A DNA stretch of 64,000 nucleotides from Marsupella aquatica (lineage: Eukaryota; Plantae; Marchantiophyta): assembly GCA_973895155.1 (NCBI GenBank), contig OZ316897.1, positions 18,076,457 through 18,140,456 on the forward strand, in the 5' to 3' direction. A model generated the notes under the pieces. It did no database searches. It saw only the letters and a list, made by a program, of their open reading frames with translations, and was not told the DNA's origin. The translations under genes were made by a program, and so were the position numbers. Positions 23,865 through 34,217 of this stretch are shown here, piece by piece (position 1 is the first letter of the stretch; each line of letters opens with the position of its first letter).

Positions 23865-26800
23865 TCATCGTAGTGGTAGCAGCTTTGCCGACCTCATTCC
23901 TAATATATCTCTATTTCTGAGAAACTTTGCTTTGGATAATGATTTAGTCAGAATGTCGGCTACCTGGTCTTCTGTTTTCACATGATGCACTGAAAGTTCT
24001 CCCTCCAAAACTCTTTCACGTACAAAGTGATGGTGAATTTCTAAGTGCTTTGTCCTCGCGTGGAAGACTGGGTTTTTGGCGAGCTTAACAGCGCTCATGT
24101 TATCGCACCTCAAATGTAAGTCTTGAAGGGATGGCACTGCAGCTTGCTCGAGATCAGTTGCTATTCCAGTGTTTTTACATTTGACCTTGGTAGGCAAGGA
24201 TGTCTTACCAACCAGTTCTTCGAGTAATCGCTTTAGGTACACACCTTCTTGGGCGCCATCTGAAAGTGCCTTATATTCTGCCTCCGTAGTCGATCGAGAC
24301 ACTGTTGGCTGTCTTTTGCTGCTCCATGTGATGGGACCTTCAGACAGCTTGAAGATGTATCCTCCGGTGGATCTTCGAGTATCAGGGCATGAATTTCCCC
24401 AATCAGAATCTGTGAAGCCTTCGAGATTAAGTTGACTGTCTCTGCTGTAGAACACTCCTAGATCCAAGGTGCCACTAATGTAGCGCACGATGTGCATGGC
24501 TGCATCTAGGTGAGCTTGTTGTGGTTGACTCATGAATCTACTCACCAGACCAACTGAGAAGGAGATGTCTGGACGAGTGTTAGTTAGATATATGAGTTTA
24601 CCTACCAACTGACAATAATGTGTAGAGTCAACATCGGGGGTGTAGGACTCCGATGATAACTCAAGGCCTTCTGGAAGGGGTGTGCCCACTGGCTTGCATG
24701 TGTCCATTCCGTAGTCTTGCACAAGTTGGTCAGAATAGTGTTTCTGATGCAGTAGAATCCCTTTTTCGGTGACTAGGAAATCAACTCCGAGATATCTTTT
24801 TGTTTCTCCAAGATCCTTCATCTCGTACTTGGCCTTCAGTTGCTGCTTCAGTTCTTCAATAAGTTGTACTCCGCTGCCTGTGATTAAGAGATCGTCGACA
24901 AATAGCAGGATGATGGCAATTTTTCCTCCTTGTTGTAGGGTGTATAGATTTGGATCTAGGGAGCTACGTATGCATCCAATTGACCTGAGAAATGAGTCGA
25001 CTTCTTCATACCAGGCCCTTGGACTTTGCTTTAGTCCATATATTGACTTTCTAAGTCTGCACACGAGTTTTTCTTGACCAGGAGAGAGGAACCCGGGTGG
25101 CTGCATCATATAAATGGTTTCCTTAAGAGTCCCATTGAGAAATGCAGTGACAACGTCCATATGTGATAATGGCCATCCAAACGCAGCTGCAAGTGCCACA
25201 ATGAGTCTGACAGTGGACCATTTGACTACCGGGGCAAAGGTCTCTTCGAAATCTAATCCTTCACGCTGTTCGTTTCCTCTAGCGACTACCCGAGCTTTGA
25301 ACTTAATGTTTCCTGCTTGGTCAAGCTTTTCCCGAAGGACCCATCTAGCTGATAGTGCTCGCTCTCCCAAGGGAAGGTTGACAAGTTCCCAAGTGCCATT
25401 TTTAAGATGAGCATTCATTTCAGCTTGCATGGCTTCCGTCCAACGGGAATCAGAGAGAGCATCTTCTACAGATATATTGTCGATGGAGTCAGCTAGAAGA
25501 GCTAACAGGAGATGCTCAGTAGTTTCGGAAAGGTATGTTGTGAAATCAGATAGCCAATAGGGATGAGATGTGAGTCGACTGGAGGGTGGACGTGACCGCT
25601 GGAGGAGACGTTGAGTAGCACGTTGTTTTGCACGACGAGCTTGACGTGGTTCAGGGACAAGCGGTGGATCAGTGGTGGAAGCAGATGTGTCCTCGTGGGG
25701 TTCAGGCTCGGGATAGTCAATCCTGCAGTGAGGAAGATTTGGGGATGTAGACTCGGTTGCTGGTGTGGAGTCGGTGGCTGTTGGTGTTGGAGGAGAGCCA
25801 GTTGTTGATGGAGTTGAATGTTCGGCTGGAGATTGCAAGTGGTCAGGTTCATCTTCAAGTGGAAACATATCGAGAATGCTCTCGTAGGTGGTGGCTTGTC
25901 CCGTTGAGAAGTCTCCAAGAGTTGATTCGTCAAAGACCACATTTCGGGAAACAAGAATTTTTTGAGAGATCGAGTCAAAGCATCGATATGCTTTGCTGTG
26001 GTCATCGTATCCAACAAGTATAGTACGAATGGACTTGGGTTGAAGCTTGTTACGCATCTCCTTTGGAACATGAATGTGAGCTATGCTTCCAATGATACGG
26101 AAGTGGCTGACATCAGGTTTGGTACCGGTGAGACATTTTGTTGGTGTAGAGAGATGTAATGCACGAGTGCTGCATCGGTTGTTGATGTGATTAGCCGTTT
26201 TGACTAATTCTTCCCAGAGAAAGGCTGGAAAGTTTGAGCCTATTGAGATACTCCTTACTATATCTAGAAGGGTGCGATTTTTACGTTCGGCGACTCCATT
26301 CTGATGAGGAGTTCGAGCTACAGTAAATTGCCTTCGTATCCCATGTTGCTGACAAAATGCCATGAATAAATCAGACATATATTCTCCGTCTCGATCGCTT
26401 TGTAAGCATTTAATTTTGGTGCCTAGTGAGTTTTCGACTTCTTGTTGGAAGATCTTGAATTTTTCCAAAGCCTCATTTTTGGACTTGAGAAAGAAGACCC
26501 AAGAATGTCGAGAAAAATCATCAGTGAAGGTGATGATGTACCGGGCCCCAGAGAGAGCTAGGACCGGTAAAGGACCACAGAGGTCTGTGTGAATCAATTC
26601 CAGAGGTTTGGTGGCGCGAAAACTTGCTGATTTTGGTACTCGGTGTCGAGACTGCTTGCCTTTCACACAGGGCTCACAGATCATTTTGCTGACTGGAAGA
26701 TTTGATGGAGCTCCCGTGATAAGCCCGTTTTGAGTCATGTAGCTGATGCGCTGATGACTAGAGTGACCTAGCCTTTGGTGCCAAAGTTCAGATGGAGACA

Positions 26801-28062
26801 TCGATGGAGGTTCGACTAAGTGACACTGAGCTGACATGCTGGGATGTGCTAATTTAGTGTTAGCTAAATATTTGTCCGGAGAGACGACAGGCAATTTGAG
26901 CTTATATAATCTACTATGAGGGTCTCTGTAGCCTTTGAGATAAGGCTGTGAGGGTCTCTTGGGGTCATAGACGTAGCATCTACTGGAAGTAAATAGCACT
27001 TGATGACCCTGATCTGTAAATTTACCAACAGAGAGTAAATTCCTTGTAATAGACGGCACGTACAAAACATCACGAACAGATTTATTGCCAGGAAGAGAAA
27101 TACAGCCAGATCCGGATATGGGCATTTTAGAGCCATTAGCCGTGAGAACATTAGACGTAGGGGTGCTGCTGATCAGATTAGTAAGGCTACTACGATTGCG
27201 ACTTATGTGAGCTGAGGCTCCGCTGTCGATGATCCAGGTCTGGTCATCAATGCCTGGAGCATCAAACTCACTGAGCATGGCCTCAATCGTAAGTGAGGAT
27301 TTGGGCTCACTGGGTTCGCCAACGTCAGAGTTGTTGTCTCCGATGTCTCCCTCAGCAAAATATGCTTTTGGTCCAGGAGCAGCCTTGATGTCTCTGATCT
27401 TGGAATGTAGGTCCTTCAGCTGAGATACGGACATTGTCTTGATCTCAGTGTCTGCAGCTTTGATGAAGCAGTCTGCTTCCCAGTGGCCTCGTTTGCCACA
27501 GAAGTTGCAGTTGCGTCGATCTGCTCCACCTTCGTAGCCTCTCTGCTGTCTTGCTCGATCGTGGCGCCCTCGTCCTCGCCCACGATGTCCTCTGCCTCCT
27601 TCTCCACGTCTCTGGTGAGCAGAGGCCAGCATAGACTGCTCGCTGCCTTCATTGCTTGATTTGCGACGAAAGTCCTCAGCCTGTAGATATTCTTCCAGAT
27701 CTGCAAAAGTAGCTAGAGGGTCCTTGGCATACATGACACCGTAAGCTGACTTGAATGCTGACCAGCTTTTAGGTAGATTTCTCAACACAATCTGGATCAG
27801 TTCTTTATCGTCAACTTCCTCTCCTACACTACCGAGTTCCATCACATGGTACTCGATCTTTTTGAGGTAGTCCTCGATAGAGGACCCTTCACATAGGCGA
27901 GCCTCGACTAGTGCAGACTTGAGGTCCAGTTTGCGCTGGATTACAGAAGACTCATACTTCTGTTTAAGTGTTGCCCAGAGTTTGGCAGGATCACTCCGCA
28001 GCCTTCTAACAATAGGGACAATGGAATGATGAACAGTTTTGGTGAGAATAATGATTACCCTC
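23865..28062 (-). CDS. pol: Copia Gag-Pol polyprotein, open but N-terminally truncated
   Basis: CNFCGKRGHWEADC, WIIDSGAS, WHQRLGH..CEPC, HTDLCGP/TDDFSR/QNGVAER, YGLKQSPRAW, LFVDD, TDSDWG, CDNMSA, ADILTK. Confidence 0.95.
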
Positions 28063-28091
28063 AAAATATTTGGATGACTCACCTTCGATAT

Positions 28092-29477
28092 TGTGGTATG
28101 GGTGTCCCTGCAATTTTTTCTGGAAACTTGTTTATTTTTAGCATATCACAAGATTTACTTACACTTTAGACACCTTCCGGCCAACATTTACTTGTTCTGG
28201 ACACTTATAGAAATATTTGACATCTCCGGCTTTCCTGACGATTCCTAGTGTACTTTGCCCGACGCTGTGACCAGCGCCCGTTTCTTTTACTCAAGACGCT
28301 GCGGAAGCGTCCAACCTCCTCATGACGCTTTTGGCAGTGCCCGACCGCCACCAAGACTCTATGAGGATTTCGACCGACGCTGTGGAAAGCGTCAGCTTCA
28401 ACACACGACGCTGTGAGCAGCGTCCACCCTAGTAATGACGCTGTGAGCAGTGTGAGCAGCGTCCGTTGGTTTTACTTAAGACGCTTCTAGCAGCGTCCAG
28501 ATTCTCCCGACGCTTCTAGCAGCGTCCGCTCAACACTTAGTTTTTGAAGTAGATTACTAGTAAAGTAGTATTCTACCACCCTTGTTGAAGTACTTATGCT
28601 GTGCTTCTCCCTTGTTTAGTTTTAAGCTTGGAAAGGCACGACTGTTCTTACCTCCTCCATTTTAGGATTCCAGCACTTATAAGACAGAGTAGAATGCTCA
28701 TTTGAAGTAGAGAGAAATAGAGTTAATACTGTATTCAGAATTGAGTCTTCTGAATAGTTTTCTCCTCCTTCCATTGTAACAAGGCATGCTGTGAGTGTTT
28801 TGTATGGAAGTAAAGCTATATTGATTGAAGTTAAGATTGAATTCAAGAGATTCCTGTGGTGATTGAATTCAGTTGCAGATTTCTGAAACTCGTATTGAAT
28901 TCACTGCTAGGCTTGCTTGCAGAGTCGGGATTCGCTAGCCAATTCAAGAATAGTTAATGATAAATGAGAAGTAAATTCTGATTCTCAGAGTAGTTAGTAC
29001 TGTTGCTTTGATTCTGGAATATGGTTTAGAGTTTGACTGAATTGCGTATCGCTGATGTCAAACCATGTTGACGGCATTTTAAATCATATCATTCATTTGC
29101 AATCAGAAAGCTTCTGCTTCATCAGATTGAGAATTCCATTATCATTAACCTTTGTGTTTTGAAGAGTGAGATGGATGAATTATGAGATAGATTTCATGTC
29201 TATACTGAGCCCAAATCCTTTCTGAAGGAGTGGCAGTAGCTTGTAGTCTCTAAATCCTTACTCATTTCTTCTCTAATTCATAAATCAGAAGTTCAGTTAC
29301 TTTGTTGTTTGTTTATTCGATTTTTTATTGAGAAGTGAAGTCAACATAGAGCTCAAGACTCTAAATCACTCGGAGTGATAAAAGTTATACAATTCATTCT
29401 GAAATCTGTTCTTAAAGGGATCGAAACCCTGGTTTTAGGTGAGGAGAGTCACTTTTGATACTTAGCACTATACGACA
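28092..29477 (+). repeat. 5' LTR of the nested element
   Basis: TGTGGTATG...TATACGACA, repeated at +4735. Confidence 0.97.
28261..28527. repeat. Array of 8 spaced palindromes GACGCT-N6-AGCGTC in the LTR
   Basis: Copies near 28261, 28295, 28324, 28376, 28407, 28437, 28480 and 28509, some degenerate. Confidence 0.85.
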
Positions 29478-29483
29478 TCTTTT

Positions 29484-29506
29484 TGGCGCCGCTGCCGGGG
29501 AACGAA
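29484..29506 (+). promoter_or_regulatory. PBS, tRNA-Asp type
   Basis: TGGCGCCGCTGCCGGGGAACGAA, 6 nt after the LTR. Confidence 0.88.
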
Positions 29507-30695
29507 TTTAAGATTGAATTGACGTACAGGCAGTGTATGCCAGAAGGAGCTAGACGGGAGAGGAATTCACGTTCTACTATAATTGTGAAGATGCGTCATC
29601 ACTCCAGTTAAAAAGATGAAGAGCTTCCATTTCGAGGTGATGCCGTACTCTATCCAAAGCGCCCCGGAAGCTCTCTTAAGAGTATTGGAAAAATTTGTGG
29701 TGCCAAACTTAAGAGAAGAAACCGCCCTCCCACCAGAAAAGGCCTCACAGAGAGGAGCTGTTGCTCGTCAAGTTGCTTTGGAGATAGTCGAAGACACCAA
29801 AGACACTTTGAGTGACAAGTGAAGTTATTCTAACGTTGCTCGGGACGTATGATTTGTAAAATTGTCCAACCATCCTGGTTCGTGTGACCGATGCCACCTA
29901 TCCGATCTTTGGGAACATTAAGAATTAGGAATTTGAGGAATCGTTATGTTAATTCTTGGGTTCTGAGCCTGAGAGGGAGGAATGGCATACATTGGTTAAC
30001 TATCACCTGGTGGGAAGATGAAAGTTTGCATTTAGTAATATTAAGGCTGAATGGTAGGATCACACAGGAGTGATATTTAGTCATTTCCATTCGGGAGTTA
30101 GCGGAAAGAATCATGCACCAGGAATTGCGTAGAAGATTAGGAAGGAGTTAGACGTCTGATTAGTAGGATGGCCTAGTGTAGCGTACCATGTGGTAAAGAA
30201 ATTTCAGGGTGAAGGAAGTCGGAGATTATGGGGAACGCCCGGTTCCAGTAATCGCCACCGTAAAGGAGATAAGGAAGGACGCCGCGAAGAGCGTCCAATG
30301 CGATTCGTCCCAGAAGATTCCGCAAGTCAGGACGCTTCGAGTAGCGTCCGATCCCAGTGGACGCTGTGAGCAGCGTCCGGTGGAATCTGTGACGAACCAA
30401 CGTGCGCGACGCTTCTGGTGTGCCTTTCCGCGTCTCAACCTGAAGGACGCACCAGAGAAAACGAGGTTTTAGAATCTCGGCTGGTCACTGAAGGGAAGTA
30501 TTAGCTACGGGATAGCAAGGGGGAGGAATCATGCAAGGGATGTTGAACGACGCTACGGGAAGTCACTTTGAGGAAGCAGGTTCATATCTCCCGGAGTGGG
30601 GTGATAACGTCGCACTTAAATGGTGACTCCTTGCATAAAGACTCCTGAGGAGCGGGTCTGGTGTCTCAAAATCACCCGTGCTTGGAGAATGAGGG

Positions 30696-32749
30696 ATGTC
30701 TGAGGGAGATCCACCAAATAAAAGAAAACCTACCAAGACCTCCAGTAATTCGGATGCTGCAAAATTAGTAGTGACCCCTCGCACATTGTTACCCGAATTC
30801 CAGTCACCAGGAGCACCTGCACCGGGTAGTGTGTGGAAACAAGTGGGATCTATTCAAGAGGCAAGTGGCTCTTTGGAAAGGCCCACGTCGACCCGACCCC
30901 TGTTTGTAAATCTTCGTTCAGGTCCAAAACTTATTGGTTCTCAAAAGACCAAGCTCCGCCAGCAGACAGTACGTTCGGTGAACCAAATTGACTCTGGTGT
31001 GGATAGTACCACTGAGAGGGCCTTATCTCATACCGAAGGAAGAAATTTGGGTTTGCCCGAGAATACAGTTGCAGAATCGCTGGCCCAAGATAATTCTGTC
31101 GATCTTTCACAATTGGATAATCCAGAACCACTGAGTGAAGCCGGTGGTTCGTCTTCTAGTGAGACAAGCAGCAGTTCAGGCTTGGGCAGCCCAAACCCAT
31201 ATTGGTACCCGAGACACCCGCTTCGACAACCAGCTCAGCACCAGTTTCATTGGCTACAAACGAGGATAAAAACATTCGGGAGGAGTTTTCAGTGACGTAT
31301 ACTCGAAAATCTTGGAAACGGTTGCGCCATGCTATCAGTCGACAGATCTTTCCTGAAGCATCTTCCCAGGATTTTGAACAGGGAGAAGCACCTATCGGAA
31401 CAGACGAGCTACCCCTTCCTGTACTTTTGACAGATCGAACTAACCAGGAAGTCTCTTTACCTAGCGATAATTTTAAAGAAGAACTTCCTGTTTTAGTACC
31501 AATGCATCCCATTGCAGATCAACCAGCTACTGTTGCAAGAGAAGAATTTGAACCACTGGAGCCCGAACCTTCTGCTCCTTCGTCTCCTGTTACATTGCCA
31601 ATTCGACCAGTTAAGGAGTCAGTGATTCCTTCCGCTATGCCAGATGTAATTTTCCGTTGGATAGGAGCACCAAGTGATGGAGAAGAAGACGAAGACCCTC
31701 GCATTATCAGAGTACCTCCTCGACTTCGGCATACAGTGGATTTGCCACCCCGAAATCCTATCCCTAATTTGGCTTCAATTCACAGGTGGGAGAAGAAACA
31801 TTTTCGAGTAGCTTTTCGACATCTGGAGATGGAGAGCATTTTGCAGCAGCAGCAGATTTTGCCAATGACATCCCATCCGAGGATTCGTAGTTTGATTCGC
31901 ACATATGAACCTGGGAAGGCGGTTCCTCCCATTGATAAGGACAGACGACATAAGTTTTCGGAGTTCGAAATTTGGTGTTGGGTGTATATGCTTCGACGAG
32001 CTCAAGCTCCATTTCCGCCCCTTGTGCCGGAAATTCCATGGCCCTATCCATACTATGTTTGGGTTTGTCCTGGTGGGTTTGCTATTCCAATTAAATATGA
32101 GAAGAAGCTTGTTAAGCTAAGGGAGCAGTTGATTACAAAACAATGTATGCTACCGGCTTCCCAAGGGTTCAAGTCGCTTAGGTGTTTAGCGTTCCTACCT
32201 ATTATTCCTTCTTATCCGGATGTGATTATTCAAGGTGTTTTATCTAGGACACAGATTTGAAGGACACCATTTATGAGAGATATCAAACGGTGTTGTCATT
32301 TATATGTATATAAGCCGTTACTTTTGCAGCATCCTGCAATTGTTTCCTTCTTTCTCCTTCGAATTGATATTTATCTGCTCATGTGGGACATCAAAGCTAC
32401 TATGGATTGTTGGAATTCTTTACCCCGTGCTTTCCAACATTCCTTTGAAGGCAAGATCAAACTGGGAGGACATGCTATTCAACACTTTGTTATTGATCCA
32501 GGCTCTCGAATTAATTTCCTCTCCCACAGACTGTGCCAGCAATTTGTTCATCAAGAAGTACAACCGATATCTGCTCAGATATCAATCGATGGACGAATCA
32601 TTAATCTTTGGGGAAGAGTTAAAGGAGTCCCAATACAGATCGGAGAAGAATTCCATGACCTCGATTTTTATATTCTGGATTCGGATATCTCCCAACTCCC
32701 GTCAATGATTTTGAGCACTACTTGGATTATTAAGCCAGAATATTATTAA
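30696..32749 (+). pseudogene. Interrupted long ORF: Gag N-terminal-like module, unknown domain and retropepsin-like domain
   Basis: 30696..31295 shifts frame into 31202..32260, which is in frame with 32273..32749 across one TGA. The last part has FVIDPGSRINFL...GRVKGVPIQIG...LDFYIL...MILSTTW. Confidence 0.7.
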
Positions 32750-32813
32750 TGAAGAACATGTCACTCGCTTCTGATTCAATTCGGTCATGTCTTGTGGGGA
32801 CACGGCGAAATTT

Positions 32814-32823
32814 AAGTGGAGGG
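32814..32823 (+). promoter_or_regulatory. Polypurine tract of the nested element
   Basis: AAGTGGAGGG, 3 nt before the 3' LTR. Confidence 0.75.
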
Positions 32824-32826
32824 CTA

Positions 32827-34212
32827 TGTGGTATGGGTGTCCCTGCAATTTTTTCTGGAAACTTGTTTATTTTTAGCATATCACAAGATTTACTTACACT
32901 TTAGACACCTTCCGGCCAACATTTACTTGTTCTGGACACTTATAGAAATATTTGACATCTCCGGCTTTCCTGACGATTCCTAGTGTACTTTGCCCGACGC
33001 TGTGACCAGCGCCCGTTTCTTTTACTCAAGACGCTGCGGAAGCGTCCAACCTCCTCATGACGCTTTTGGCAGTGCCCGACCGCCACCAAGACTCTATGAG
33101 GATTTCGACCGACGCTGTGGAAAGCGTCAGCTTCAACACACGACGCTGTGAGCAGCGTCCACCCTAGTATTGACGCTGTGAGCAGTGTGAGCAGCGTCCG
33201 TTGGTTTTACTTAAGACGCTTCTAGCAGCGTCCAGATTCTCCCGACGCTTCTAGCAGCGTCCGCTCAACACTTAGTTTTTGAAGTAGATTACTAGTAAAG
33301 TAGTATTCTACCACCCTTGTTGAAGTACTTATGCTGTGCTTCTCCCTTGTTTAGTTTTAAGCTTGGAAAGGCACGACTGTTCTTACCTCCTCCATTTTAG
33401 GATTCCAGCACTTATAAGACAGAGTAGAATGCTCATTTGAAGTAGAGAGAAATAGAGTTAATACTGTATTCAGAATTGAGTCTTCTGAATAGTTTTCTCC
33501 TCCTTCCATTGTAACAAGGCATGCTGTGAGTGTTTTGTATGGAAGTAAAGCTATATTGATTGAAGTTAAGATTGAATTCAAGAGATTCCTGTGGTGATTG
33601 AATTCAGTTGCAGATTTCTGAAACTCGTATTGAATTCACTGCTAGGCTTGCTTGCAGAGTCGGGATTCGCTAGCCAATTCAAGAATAGTTAATGATAAAT
33701 GAGAAGTAAATTCTGATTCTCAGAGTAGTTAGTACTGTTGCTTTGATTCTGGAATATGGTTTAGAGTTTGACTGAATTGCGTATCGCTGATGTCAAACCA
33801 TGTTGACGGCATTTTAAATCATATCATTCATTTGCAATCAGAAAGCTTCTGCTTCATCAGATTGAGAATTCCATTATCATTAACCTTTGTGTTTTGAAGA
33901 GTGAGATGGATGAATTATGAGATAGATTTCATGTCTATACTGAGCCCAAATCCTTTCTGAAGGAGTGGCAGTAGCTTGTAGTCTCTAAATCCTTACTCAT
34001 TTCTTCTCTAATTCATAAATCAGAAGTTCAGTTACTTTGTTGTTTGTTTATTCGATTTTTTATTGAGAAGTGAAGTCAACATAGAGCTCAAGACTCTAAA
34101 TCACTCGGAGTGATAAAAGTTATACAATTCATTCTGAAATCTGTTCTTAAAGGGATCGAAACCCTGGTTTTAGGTGAGGAGAGTCACTTTTGATACTTAG
34201 CACTATACGACA
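32827..34212 (+). repeat. 3' LTR of the nested element
   Basis: Same length and termini as 28092-29477. Confidence 0.97.
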
Positions 34213-34217
34213 GATAT

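Larger units (their letters stand above)
22819..28062 (-). mobile_element. Ty1/Copia retrotransposon lacking 5' LTR, PBS and gag start
   Basis: gag-PR-INT-RT-RH order, PPT and 3' LTR. The 5' side is joined to Gypsy sequence near 28062. Confidence 0.95.
28092..34212 (+). mobile_element. Complete non-autonomous Gypsy-type LTR element (6121 bp), nested
   Basis: Two 1386-bp near-identical LTRs, PBS, PPT, TSD GATAT (28087-28091, 34213-34217). Empty site at 59495-59499. No RT, RH or INT. Confidence 0.97.

Noticed and set aside
24169-27706. Short ORFs overlapping Copia pol (and equivalents over the Gypsy and LINE ORFs)
   Set aside because: Shadow or alternate-frame ORFs with no recognisable motifs.
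28261-28527. CRISPR-like palindromic repeats with spacers
   Set aside because: They lie inside a plant LTR, the repeat cores and spacing vary, and there are no cas genes.
29484-29506. tRNA-like sequence
   Set aside because: Only the complement of a tRNA 3' end (PBS); no full cloverleaf.
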